DNA from: Eledone cirrhosa
Taxonomy: Eukaryota
NCBI GenBank assembly: GCA_964016885.1
Contig: OZ024742.1
Location: forward strand, 1-64,000
DNA: 64,000 bases
Reading direction: 5' to 3'
Position numbers and translations under genes: made by a program. Position 1 is the first letter of the stretch, and each line of letters opens with the position of its first letter. Below are positions 40,351-52,424 of the stretch, piece by piece. The notes under the pieces are model-generated. The model worked only from the letters and a program-made list of their open reading frames with translations. It had not been told where the DNA came from and did not search any database.

Positions 40351-40537
40351 TAATTGTTTCTACTATTGGCACAAGGCCAGCAATAACCCAGTACATTACT
40401 GGTACTTTATTTTATCGACCCCGTAAGGATGAAAGGCAAAGTTAACCTCGGCGGGATTTGAACTCAGAATGGCATGGGCAGTAACTCTATGCTTCAAAGC
40501 ATGGCGTCCGACCCTCTACCCATACTGCCAATCCACA
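40351..40537 (-). mobile_element. tRNA-derived SINE
   Basis: Reverse complement of the SINE at 25617. Confidence 0.9.
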
Positions 40538-40594
40538 ATAATATTTATATATATATGTATATATATATGTGTGTGTACGTGTGCATACTTACTT

Positions 40595-40697
<103 letters not shown>

Positions 40698-40784
40698 TAT
40701 GTACATACTTACATTTATGTATCAGCTGTGCTAGGGTGAGAAATAGAATTCTAATTTTATTTATATATATAAATAAGCGAGTTC

Positions 40785-41038
40785 TGTTCTTGAGCAAAAC
40801 ACGTTGCTCCAGTTTACTCAGCTGTAGAAATGAGTTGTGACGTCACTGGAGGCAAGCTGTACCAGCCATTACCTTTCCCTTGGAACATCAGTGACGTGGA
40901 GAGGGGAGGCTGGTATGTAATGGCGACTGCTGATCTTCCACAAACAACCTTGCCCAGACTTGTGCCTCAGAGCAGAACTTTCTAGGTGCAAATCCCATGG
41001 TCATTGGTGACCGAAGGGTGTCTTTACCGTTTACCCTT
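40785..41038 (+). mobile_element. 5'-truncated SINE of a second family
   Basis: GTTCTTGAGCAAAACAC...ACTCAGCTG..AAATGAGT core-like segment and a TTTACC repeat tail. Resembles octopod SINEs from memory only. Confidence 0.55.
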
Positions 41039-41421
41039 ATATATATGTGTGTGTGCGCGTGTCTATCTCCCCTAATTTTGTGGTTCGATAAAAAGGTACT
41101 GGAACCAATATGATCGACTATAACCTTTCAAAGTGGTGCGATTTATTATTGAATGTGTATGTGTCTTTGAAAATGGGAAAACTCTGTACTTGAATAAAAG
41201 TACATATAGGTATTTATATTTTTATTAATGGACGATCTACAGTGATCTATGATTTCATATCAATACACTTATTAAACTTTGATGAGTATATTGAGTACAT
41301 TTGCACGAAAATCTAGTGGAATTGTGACTTTGCTCCCCGAAGCTATTTAGATAATATATATTTAGGGAGTGGAACGTGCAGTTATCCCATCTATAGGTTC
41401 ATTCTGTCATGACCACTACAG

Positions 41422-41508
41422 AGGTCTGACGAGCTTTTGATTCCAGAGTCGGGTCAGATCGATACAGATCGAACTTTGAGCTGTTCAATAGCGAAATGCG
41501 CGTCACTA
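41422..41508 (+). ncRNA. Type I hammerhead motif with extended stem II
   Basis: AGGT [CTGACGA] GCTTTTGA..TCAATAGC [GAAA] TGCGCG [TC] ACT, followed by AATAAA. Confidence 0.6.
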
Positions 41509-41548
41509 CTCAATAAACGTAATGAAGACATAACAAATCGTCCTTTTA

Positions 41549-41584
<36 letters not shown>

Positions 41585-41914
41585 GTGGGAGGAGGTCACG
41601 AACAAGATGGCTTCTCTCACCCAGAAATGGCGGTGAGTGTAGTGATGGCGTTGTCGCTACTGAGTTCTGTTGAATAGCTGTAGCTAGTATGCGTTTCTTT
41701 GATCTGTATATCTATTGCGGATTATCGCCTATGTTTAATATATATGTTGACATATTTCCTTAATATTTGAATTAAACATTTTGAGAAAACTTGAGATACA
41801 ATAATAATAATTATTATTATTATGCTGGGACTGGTGGTGGTGGTGGTGGTGAAATTGCTGTTATCTGGCTGTTGTATTTAGTGTACACAGAGGGGTGGTG
41901 GAATAGGTGGTGTA

Positions 41915-43768
41915 GAGATGATGTACCACTGCTCCGAAAGAGATGATGTACCACTGCTCCGTAAGAGAAGATGTACCACTGCTCTGTAAGAGAAGATGTA
42001 CCACTGCTCCGTAAGAGATGATGTACCACTGCTCTGTAAGAGAAGATGTACCACTGCTCCGAAAGAGATGATGTACCACTGCTCTGTAAGAGAAGATGTA
42101 CCACTGCTCCATAAGAGATGATGTACCACTGCTCTGTAAGAGAAGATGTACCACTGCTCTGTAAGAGATGATGTACCACTGCTCTGTAAGAGAAGATGTA
42201 CCACTGCTCCGTAAGAGATGATGTACCACTGCTCCGTAAGAGAAGATGTACCACTGCTCCTTAAGAGATGATGTACCACTGCTCTGTAAGAGAAGATGTA
42301 CCACTGCTCTGTAAGAGATGATGTACCACTGCTCTGTAAGAGAAGATGTACCACTGCTCTGTAAGAGATGATGTACCACTGCTCTGTAAGAGAAGATGTA
42401 CCACTGCTCTGTAAGAGATGATGTACCACTGTTCCGTAAGAGAAGATGTACCACTGCTCTGTAAGAGATGATGTACCACTGCTCTGTAAGAGAAGATGTA
42501 CCACTGCTCTGTAAGAGATGATGTACCACTGCTCTGTAAGAGAAGATGTACCACTGCTCTGTAAGAGATGATGTACCACTGCTCCGTAAGAGAAGATGTA
42601 CCACTGCTCTGTAAGAGATGATGTACCACTGCTCCGTAAGAGAAGATGTACCACTGCTCCGTAAGAGATGATGTACCACTGCTCCGTAAGAGAAGATGTA
42701 CCACTGCTCTGTAAGAGATGATGTACCACTGCTCTGTAAGAGAAGATGTACCACTGCTCCGTAAGAGATGATGTACCACTGCTCTGTAAGAGAAGATGTA
42801 CCACTGCTCCGTAAGAGATGATGTACCACTGCTCCGTAAGAGAAGATATACCAATGCTCCTTAAGAGATGATGTACCACTGCTCTGTAAGAGATGATGTA
42901 CCACTGCTCTGTAAGAGAAGATGTACCACTGCTCTGTAAGAGATGATGTACCACTGCTCTGTAAGAGATGATGTACCACTGCTCCTTAAGAGATAATGTA
43001 CCACTGCTCTGTAAGAGATGATGTACCACTGCTCCGTAAGAGATGATGTACCACTGCTCCGTAAGAGAAGATATACCACTGCTCCTTAAGAGATGATGTA
43101 CCACTGCTCTGTAAGAGATGATGTACCACTGCTCCGTAAGAGATGATGTACCACTGCTCTGTAAGAGATGATGTACCACTGCTCCGTAAGAGATGATGTA
43201 CCACTGCTCTGTAAGAGAAGATGTACCACTGCTCTGTAAGAGATGATGTACCACTGCTCCGTAAGAGATGATGTACCACTGCTCTGTAAGAGATGATGTA
43301 CCACTGCTCTGTAAGAGATGATGTACCACTGCTCTGTAAGAGAAGATGTACCACTGCTCCGTAAGAGATGATGTACCACTGCTCCGTAAGAGATGATGTA
43401 CCACTGCTCTGTAAGAGAAGATGTACCACTGCTCTGTAAGAGATGATGTACCACTGCTCTGTAAGAGAAGATGTACCACTGCTCCGTAAGAGATGATGTA
43501 CCACTGCTCTGTAAGAGAAGATGTACCACTGCTCCTTAAGAGAAGATGTACCACTGCTCTGTAAGAGATGATGTACCACTGCTCCTTAAGAGATGATGTA
43601 CCACTGCTCCGTAAGAGAAGATGTACCACTGCTCTGTAAGAGATGATGTACCACTGCTCTGTAAGAGATGATGTACCACTGCTCCGTAAGAGATGATGTA
43701 CCACTGCTCTGTAAGAGAAGATGTACCACTGCTCTGTAAGAGATGATGTACCACTGCTCCGTAAGAGA
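41915..43768. repeat. 25-bp minisatellite GATGTACCACTGCTC(C/T)GTAAGAGA(T/A), ~74 copies
   Basis: Direct reading. T/A variants alternate (50-bp dimer) in the left half. Confidence 0.97.
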
Positions 43769-43769
43769 C

Positions 43770-44089
43770 CGTGAGACTGCACTGAATCCTCTCTCAACCA
43801 AATATGATGTTAGAAAGACAATGAAGAAGAATTTCACTTTGTTCCAAATGTAGACTTCTTCTTTATTAGATATTCTGATAACAACCTGATGTCTCTAAAT
43901 ATAAGAAAATTTGATGAATCCGGCCCTGGGTAAAATGTTAAGTAGAAGAAAGAATGTGAGGCAAGTTTTCACACGGCAGAATGACATTTACAGCCTCTCT
44001 GTTCCTCCCAACTGCCCCCTTTTTCTCTACCACCCCACCACAGGCCCCAACATCCCTGGAGGTGGTAGCACCCACATTGAGAACACCTG
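43770..44089 (-). mobile_element. Internally deleted hAT (Buster/Charlie-like) DNA transposon remnant
   Basis: FFIVFLTSYLVERGFSAV resembles the hAT C-terminal dimerization motif. The minus strand begins CAGGTGTTCTCAA, a Charlie-type TIR. Confidence 0.65.
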
Positions 44090-44116
44090 TGTTAGAATAA
44101 GAACTTGGCAACTTTA

Positions 44117-47100
44117 CTACGCTAAATAGAACCTAACTACTATACTACAGTAAATAGAACCTAGCTACTATACTACAGTAAATAGAACCTAGTTACTATA
44201 CTACAGTAAATAGAACCTAGCTACTATACTACAGTAAATAGAACCTAGCTACTATACTACAGTAAATAGAACCTAACTACTATACTACAGTAAATAGAAC
44301 CTAGCTACTATACTACAGTAAATAGAACCTAGCTACTATACTACAGTAAATAGAACCTAGCTACTATACTACAGTAAATAGAACCTAACTACTATACTAC
44401 AGTAAATAGAACCTAGCTACTATACTACAGTAAATAGAACCTAGCTACTATACTACAGTAAATAGAACCTAGTTACTATACTACAGTAAATAGAACCTAG
44501 CTACTATACTACAGTAAATAGAACCTAGCTACTATACTACAGTAAATAGAACCTAACTACTATACTACAGTAAATAGAACCTAGTTACTATACTACAGTA
44601 AATAGAACCTAGCTACTATACTACGGTAAATAGAACCTAGCTACTATACTACAGTAAATAGAACCTAACTACTATACTACAGTAAATAGAACCTAGCTAC
44701 TATACTACAGTAAATAGAACCTAGCTACTATACTACAGTAAATAGAACCTAGTTACTATACTACAGTAAATAGAACCTAACTACTATACTACAGTAAATA
44801 GAACCTAGTTACTATACTACAGTAAATAGAACCTAGCTACTATACTACAGTAAATAGAACCTAGCTACTATACTACAGTAAATAGAACCTAGTTACTATA
44901 CTACAGTAAATAGAACCTAACTACTATACTACAGTAAATAGAACCTAGCTACTATACTACAGTAAATAGAACCTAGCTACTATACTACAGTAAATAGAAC
45001 CTAACTACTATACTACAGTAAATAGAACCTAGCTACTATACTACTGTAAATAGAACCTAACTACTATACTACAGTAAATAGAACCTAACTACTATACTAC
45101 AGTAAATAGAACCTAACTACTATACTACAGTAAATAGAACCTAACTACTATACTACAGTAAATAGAACCTAGTTACTATACTACAGTAAATAGAACCTAG
45201 CTACTATACTACGGTAAATAGAACCTAGCTACTATACTACAGTAAATAAAACCTAACTACTATACTACAGTAAATAGAACCTAACTACTATACTACAGTA
45301 AATAGAACCTAACTACTATACTACAGTAAATAGAACCTAACTACTATACTACAGTAAATAGAACCTAACTACTATACTACAGTAAATAGAACCTAGTTAC
45401 TATACTACAGTAAATAGAACCTAGCTACTATACTACAGTAAATAGAACCTAGCTACTATACTACAGTAAATAGAACCTAACTACTATACTACCGTAAATA
45501 GAATCTAACTACTATACTACAGTAAATAGAACGTAGTTATTATACTACAGTAAATAGAACCTAGCTACTATACTACAGTAAATAGAACCTAACTACTATA
45601 CTACAGTAAATAGAACCTAACTACTATACTACAGTAAATAGAACCTAGTTACTATACTACAGTAAATAGAACCTAGCTACTATACTACAGTAAATAGAAC
45701 CTAGCTACTATACTACAGTAAATAGAACCTAGCTACTATACTACAGTAAATAGAACCTAGCTACTATACTACAGTAAATAGAACCTAACTACTATACTAC
45801 AGTAAATAGAACCTAGTTACTATACTACAGTAAATAGAACCTAGCTACTATACTACAGTAAATAGAACCTAGCTAATATACTACAGTAAATAGAACCTAG
45901 CTACTATACTACGGTAAATAGAACCTAGCTACTATACTACAGTAAATAGAACCTAGCTACTATACTACAGTAAATAGAACCTAGCTACTATACTACAGTA
46001 AATAGAACCTAGCTACTATACTACAGTAAATAGAACCTAGCTACTATACTACAGTAAATAGAACCTAGCTACTATACTACGGTAAATAGAACCTAGCTAC
46101 TATACTACAGTAAATAGAACCTAACTACTATACTACAGTAAATAGAATCTATCTACTATACTACAGTAAATAGAACCTAGCTACTATACTACAGTAAATA
46201 GAACCTAACTACTATACTACAGTAAATAGAACCTAGCTACTATACTACAGTAAATAGAACCTAGCTACTATACTACAGTAAATAGAACCTAGCTACTATA
46301 CTACAGTAAATAGAACCTAGCTACTATACTACGGTAAATAGAACCTAGCTACTATACTACAGTAAATAGAACCTAACTACTATACTACAGTAAATAGAAT
46401 CTATCTACTATACTACAGTAAATAGAACCTAGCTACTATACTACAGTAAATAGAACCTAACTACTATACTACAGTAAATAGAACCTAGCTACTATACTAC
46501 AGTAAATAGAACCTAGCTACTATACTACAGTAAATAGAACCTAACTACTATACTACAGTAAATAGAACCTAGCTACTATACTACAGTAAAAATAACCTAG
46601 CTACTATACTACAGTAAATAGAACCTAGCTACTATACTACAGTAAATAGAACCTAGCTACTATACTACAGTAAATAGAACCTAACTACTATACTACAGTA
46701 AATAGAACCTAACTACTATACTACAGTAAATAGAACCTAACTACTATACTACAGTAAATAGAACCTAACTACTATACTACAGTAAATAGAACCTAGCTAC
46801 TATACTACTGTAAATAGAACCTAGCTACTATACTACAGTAAATAGAACCTAACTACTATACTACAGTAAATAGAACCTAACTACTATACTACAGTAAATA
46901 GAACCTAACTACTATACTACAGTAAATAGAACCTAACTACTATACTACAGTAAATAGAACCTAACTACTATACTACAGTAAATAGAACCTAGCTACTATA
47001 CTACAGTAAATAGAACCTAGCTACTATACTACAGTAAATAGAACCTAACTACTATACTACTGTAAATAGAATCTAACTACTATACTATAGTAAATAGAAC

Positions 47101-47568
47101 CTAACTACTATACTACAGTAAATAGAACCAAGCTACTATACTACAGTAAATAGAATCTATCTACTATACTACAGTAAATAGAACCTAAGTACTATACTAC
47201 AGTAAATATAATCTATCTACTATACTACAGTAAATAGAACCTAAGTACTATACTACAGTAAATAGAATCTAGCTACTATACTACAGTAAATAGAATCTAG
47301 CTACTATACTACAGTAAATAGAACCTAACTACTATACTACAGTAAATAGAATCTAGCTACTATACTACAGTAAATAGAACCTAAGTACTATACTACAGTA
47401 AATAGAATATATCTACTATACTACAGTAAATAGAACCTAAGTACTATACTACAGTAAATAGAATCTATCTACTATACTACAGTAAATAGAACCTAAGTAC
47501 TATACTGCAGTAAATAGAATCTAGCTACTATACTACAGTAAATAGAATCTAGCTACTATACTACAGTA
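44117..47568. repeat. 28-bp minisatellite TACTATACTACAGTAAATAGAACCTA(G/A)C, ~123 copies
   Basis: Direct reading. Units diverge toward the right edge. Confidence 0.97.
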
Positions 47569-47579
47569 GATAGGACCGG

Positions 47580-47730
47580 ACAAGACTTGTCATGCAGAAT
47601 CTCCCTGAGAATTACACAAGGATACTTGCATCTATGGAAGGCTCAGCCACATGCACATATTTTTCACGAGCAAGTTGTTCCGTTGATCTAACAACTGATG
47701 CACTCATCGAATGATGAGGCGGAGACCCAA
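47580..47730 (+). mobile_element. Old SINE-like 3' remnant, partially repeated at 60832-60917
   Basis: AGCCACATGCAC.TATTTTTCACGA...TTGATCTAACAACTG.TGCACTCATCGAATGATGAG occurs twice. Family assignment is from recollection. Confidence 0.5.
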
Positions 47731-47789
47731 TCCATTCCCTAGAACACCGAAAAAGTTATAACGGAATGTTTTAATTTTTGTTTTTTATT

Positions 47790-48108
47790 TTTACATTTCA
47801 TTAAGTAATATAATAATTTTATCTTTATTTAAATAATATCATAATTTTACCTTTGATTAAGAAATATAATTTTTCAACCATTCCTTGTTTCAGATTTGTA
47901 AATGAATGATAAACGGTACTAAATAATAAAAATCGTCCAGACGATGACTATTTCTTTTGACATGTTTCAGAGAAAGATCAATGAAAAAACAATACTTCGA
48001 TAGTTTAGGATGATTTCAGGCAAAACTAAAAGAGAAGGTATGATAGAAATTACACCGTGAGATTATTTGTAGAATGACTTATCTAGCAAACGTTTAAAAC
48101 TTCCAAAC
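47790..48108 (+). pseudogene. Truncated third copy of the LicD-gene acceptor/5'UTR exon, without CDS
   Basis: Near-identical to ~50130-50445 (TTTTCAACCATTCCTTGTTTCAG|ATTTG...AAAACTTCCAAAC), then switches to unrelated sequence. Confidence 0.65.
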
Positions 48109-48740
48109 TTGTAATAGTGACATGTACAGGTACTTACGTTTCGTTGGCTTGTTCATTCAGCCTGTCATAAAAAGAAAAATATATAGCTCGGAGAAGTAGA
48201 AAATACTCTGACAACTGGTTTCAGAGAAATACTGCTTAAATATGCACCTTGACTGCTTTAATCTTTGTCCTCAACAAGCAAACTTTTTTTCTGAAACATG
48301 GTCTAAACCAGATTCATTGAATTTATTTTTTCAGCCTTTCAATTTAACCCTTGGACTCCCTGTTAAGCACAATTTGCCTGCTGTTGTTTTTTTTATATAG
48401 GTACCACCCTTTGCATTTACATTAAAGGTGTTTGTCTATTTATAATATAACCTACCCATTGAACACTCATATACTTTCTAAAATCTCCACTAGGAGCCAT
48501 TGGATTGGCAGTATCGGTAGAGGGTCGGACGCCATGCTTTGACGCATAGAGTTACGGCCCTTGCCATTCTGAGTTCAAATCCCGCCGAGGTTAACTTTGC
48601 CTTTCATCCTTACGGGGTCGATAAAATGAAGTACCAGTAATGCACTGTGTAATTGCTGGCCTTGTGCCAAAAGTAGAAACAATTATATTAGGTTTAAAAC
48701 CTAACGAAACTTAAGTACATGTACATGTCACTGTTGTAAC
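48109..48740. mobile_element. Element with ~40-bp imperfect terminal inverted repeats; left ~150 bp recurs at 63457-63605
   Basis: TAATAGTGACATGTACAGGTACTTACGTTTCGTTGG vs CTAACGAAACTTAAGTACATGTACATGTCACTGTTG. Confidence 0.6.
48500..48690 (+). mobile_element. tRNA-derived SINE
   Basis: A/B boxes and body match the other copies. Confidence 0.9.
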
Positions 48741-48825
48741 TAATTATACTTAACTCTAAACCGTTGGATATTTATACCAAGTTTGTATGACAATATAAAT
48801 AAATATCAAATTTAGTAGAAATAGA

Positions 48826-48994
48826 TTTCGCCGTATTTTTTACTAAAGAAATTTTAGCCTAATAGCGAGGTTTAGAACCTTCTAAAAATGGGAAAGGATG
48901 AGTATTGACGTCAATACTCATCCTTTTCCATTTTTTAGAGGGTTCTAAACCCCTCTATCAGGCTAAAATTTCTTTAGTCAAAAATCCGGCGAAA
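48826..48994. repeat. ~170-bp loopless palindrome centred on GACGTC
   Basis: TTTCGCCG...GGATGAGTATTGAC|GTCAATACTCATCC...CGGCGAAA. Confidence 0.9.
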
Positions 48995-49224
48995 GCTTTC
49001 TATCTATATAATACTAAATGTCTGTGATTGCTAGCTTGCTTGTGTGTAATGTGATAGAGCCAAAAGGGCGCATAATAGGGAAATACTTTGAAAGGAAGTT
49101 GACCCTAAAATGGGAATACAAATGGAATAAAACAAGTTTCGCGTAAATCGGTAGTCTAGTTTCTACTAAATTTCAAAGTTCGCTCGTTGTTTCAAAACAA
49201 ACTTATGAATAAATATATACTTAT

Positions 49225-49905
49225 CATCGTCATCATCATCATCGTTTTTACGTCCATTTTACCACGTTTGCATGTGTTGCTCGCGTTCTTCTCAGCACAC
49301 CATTTCTCCCCTTGCTGCAATCCTTCGTCATCTACTCGGTTCAGCAATTTGAAATCAGCTCTCACAAAATCTGCCTAGTTCTTTCTTGGTCTACGTTTAA
49401 TGCAGCTTCCTTCCACTGGGATTTCCTGGCACGTTTTTCACCCAGCGCTCATTGTCTATGGGCATCACATGTCCGTATCAACACAGTCTTCTCTCCTGCA
49501 CACCACCACAGACTCCACTTAGAAGCAGCGTCTCCCTCAACTCGTCCAAGCACAGCCTTTCTTTCACACTTATATTTCACATCCAACGAAGTATGGTTGC
49601 TTCGTGTCTCGCCAGTCTACGCATGACAGCTGCAGTCACAGCCCTTGTCTTACTATCATGCGCCATAGAGTCGTCCTTAGTACGTAGAGAGAATCTTTTG
49701 AGAAATCTTTAGCTTTGCTTCAGTATACTCTCAGACATTTTGATTCCAAATTCTGTTTCCATGGTCGGAACTTGTTTTCTAGTTCTTGAATAGATTCGGC
49801 TATAAGCACCAGATCATCTGCATAGAGTGAGGTTCCCATGGGAAGTCAGCCTTAAACCCCAGCAAAGAGACGTTCCCATGGGCAGTTGGCCTTAAAATCC
49901 TCTGT
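49225..49905 (-). mobile_element. RTE-clade LINE 3' fragment
   Basis: Minus strand: FKADFPWE..YADDLVLIAESIQELENKFRPWKQNLESKCLRV and QERRLC*YGHVM, ending in a (GAT)n tail. Confidence 0.85.
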
Positions 49906-49929
49906 TATGATATTTAGGAAATATAATAT

Positions 49930-50180
49930 TTTTACTATTATTCAATCAATATAATAATCTAACTTTTATTTAATCGATATAATAATTTTACCTTTGTTTA
50001 AAAAATATTATAATTTACCTTTTTTTAATCAATATAATAATTTTACCTTTGATCGATCAATATTATAATTTTACCTTTCATCAAACAATATTATAATTTC
50101 AACTTTATTTAATCAATATTATAAGTTTACCTTTATTTAAGAAATATCATAATTTTACCTTTGATTAAGAAATATAATTT
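49930..50180. repeat. Degenerate 28-bp AT-rich repeat upstream of the putative acceptor of LicD copy 1
   Basis: TTATAATTTTACCTTTATTTAATCAATA-like units. Confidence 0.8.
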
Positions 50181-50185
50181 TTCAA

Positions 50186-50201
50186 CCATTCCTTGTTTCA
50201 G
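50186..50201 (+). promoter_or_regulatory. Putative 3' splice acceptor of a 5'UTR intron (also AG at 47893 and 62156)
   Basis: CCATTCCTTGTTTCAG|ATT is conserved in all three paralogous segments upstream of the ATG. Confidence 0.55.
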
Positions 50202-50574
50202 ATTTGCAAATGAATGATAAACGGTACTAATTAATAAAAATCGGCCGGACGATGACTATTTGTTTTGACTGAACTGTTCATTTATAACAATAAGTAATAT
50301 GTTTCAGAGAAAGATCAATGAAAAAACAATACTTCGATAGTTTAGGATGATTTCAGGCAAAACTAGAAGAGAAGGTATGATAGAAATTACACCGTGAGAT
50401 TATTTGTAGAATGACTTATCTAGCAAACGTTTAAAACTTCCAAACGTGGCCTCTAAGACAAAATAAATTTAGATATTATAATAGTAATCATGTTATTCCC
50501 TTGTGATTGAGAGAATATATTTTGTAGTGTTTTTTGAAAGGATAATTTTAAACATTTAAAAGAAAATAATAACG

Positions 50575-52011
50575 ATGTTCTCAAGTAACTTTTGGCGTTT
50601 CTTACCCTGGATACTGGTAGTAGTTTTAACCATGATTCTGTTACAATCGCCTTATCAGTACACCGAGGTTATTTCAAATGAATGGTTTTGCCCTCAAGCG
50701 CCAAATAAACGAATAACGAGGCCAAAAACTATATTTACTTCAACACAGGTGCTTACTACAACGAGGGAGCCTGCTCCAACAAGAGTGTCTACTCCAACAA
50801 GAGTGCCTACTCCAACAAGAGTGCCTGCTCCAACAAGAGTGCATACTCCAACAAGAGTTCCTGCTCCAACAAGAGTGTCTACTCCAACAAGAGTGCCTGC
50901 TCCAACAAGAGTTCCTGCTCCAACAAGAGTGCCTGCTCCAACAAGAGTTCCTACTCCAACAAGAGTGTCTACTCCAACAAGAGTGCCTACTCCAAAAAGG
51001 GTGTCTACTCCAACAAGAGTGCATACTCCAAAAAGGATGTCTACTCCAACAAGAGTGTCTGCTCCAACAAGAGTGTCAACTCCAACAAGAGTGCCTACTC
51101 CAAAAAGGGTGTCTACTCCAACAAGAGTGCATACTCCAAAAAGGGTGTCTACTCCAACAAGAGTGCCTGCTCCAACAAGAGTGCATACTCCAACAACGGT
51201 GCCACCAATCTTGACTCAATTGAATTTCACGATAAATTTGGGTGAAATTCGTACCTCAAAGCATTATTCTGGAAAATTGTCATCGAATAAAACTGAAAAA
51301 TTGATGCAACTTTACCCGGGAGCATTAAACTCCGCAGAAAAGGAAATGTTTTTACTAACAGCATCAGTATTCGCGAATGCACTTACAAATGCAAATATAA
51401 CTTTTATACTAAATGGGGGAACAGCTATCGGAGCCAGACGACACCATGGTTTTATACCTTGGGACGACGATATCGATGTCTGGGTAAACAAAACAGAACA
51501 AGCTAGATGTAAAAAGATTTTAGGTTCAATACCAAATTTCGGTCTTTATTCTCCACATCATTATCAATGGAAATTCTATTATAAAAATCTGAAGACACTA
51601 AAATCAAGACCATTCCGATGGCCTTATATAGATATATTTTACTTCGAGGAAAACGAATCACATATCTGGCATGAACTTACCGTACAGAGCACGTTTCATT
51701 ATAAAAAATCTCATATATTCCCCCTATATTATAGATCCTTTGAAGGAATTAAATTTCCTACTCCCTGTTCAATAGATTATTATGTAGGAGAACAGGCGTT
51801 AAAATGGTGCCAATCATCATCTTATAACCATAGAATGGAAGTCCCCATATCCAACCGTTATCGAACCAAGGTACTCTGTAAGGAGCTGTATCCTCTGCAT
51901 GAATTCGTATTTCGAACAGAACATAATTACACCCATTATAAAGAAGAATTAAGACGAAACAACACTCTTATAAGCAAGATTTTTGTACCTAAACAATTAT
52001 GTAACCTATGA
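50575..52011 (+). CDS. LicD/fukutin-family nucleotidyltransferase-fold phosphotransferase, type II membrane protein with mucin-like repeat stem (478 aa)
   Basis: N-terminal TM FLPWILVVVLTMILL, signature GGTAIGARRHHGFIPWDDDIDV and WPYIDIF. Uninterrupted ORF with AATAAA overlapping the stop. Confidence 0.9.
   Translation: MFSSNFWRFLPWILVVVLTMILLQSPYQYTEVISNEWFCPQAPNKRITRPKTIFTSTQVLTTTREPAPTRVSTPTRVPTPTRVPAPTRVHTPTRVPAPTRVSTPTRVPAPTRVPAPTRVPAPTRVPTPTRVSTPTRVPTPKRVSTPTRVHTPKRMSTPTRVSAPTRVSTPTRVPTPKRVSTPTRVHTPKRVSTPTRVPAPTRVHTPTTVPPILTQLNFTINLGEIRTSKHYSGKLSSNKTEKLMQLYPGALNSAEKEMFLLTASVFANALTNANITFILNGGTAIGARRHHGFIPWDDDIDVWVNKTEQARCKKILGSIPNFGLYSPHHYQWKFYYKNLKTLKSRPFRWPYIDIFYFEENESHIWHELTVQSTFHYKKSHIFPLYYRSFEGIKFPTPCSIDYYVGEQALKWCQSSSYNHRMEVPISNRYRTKVLCKELYPLHEFVFRTEHNYTHYKEELRRNNTLISKIFVPKQLCNL
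50770..51198 (+). repeat. Coding 18-bp minisatellite, ~24 x P(T/K)RV(P/S/H)(T/A)
   Basis: CCAACAAGAGTG(CC/TC/CA)T(A/G)CT units, in frame. Confidence 0.95.
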
Positions 52012-52118
52012 ATAAAATATTAAAAAGAATATGTTAGTGTTATTGATACAAGAATTATATACAAATTGTGGCTGGTACGTACACACATCCATACACACAC
52101 ACACGCGCGCACACAGGC

Positions 52119-52151
<33 letters not shown>

Positions 52152-52272
52152 GGCACACACACATCTACGATGGATGAGTTCCGTGACGTTGAGTGTTTTT
52201 CCTACTATTTCATCACGGTTAACTATGCGGAATGGCCAGTTCGATCCAGTGGTGTACCACTAAATATAGTGA

Positions 52273-52310
<38 letters not shown>

Positions 52311-52424
52311 CTTCTGTGGGATGATTTTTAAAGATTCCTGGTTAACTTTCCTGGAGAACTTTCTCGCATTCGTCGGTGGCGATTTGACAATAGATTCGAC
52401 TATAAGCAGCAGATCATATACATA

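Noticed and set aside
41820-43837. Long minus-strand ORFs (up to 639 aa)
   Set aside because: By-product of a nearly stop-free 25-bp repeat. The same peptide cycles through all three frames.
48999-49160. Helitron-like ends (TCTATCTATATAATA ... CTAGT)
   Set aside because: No convincing subterminal hairpin and no second copy in the window.
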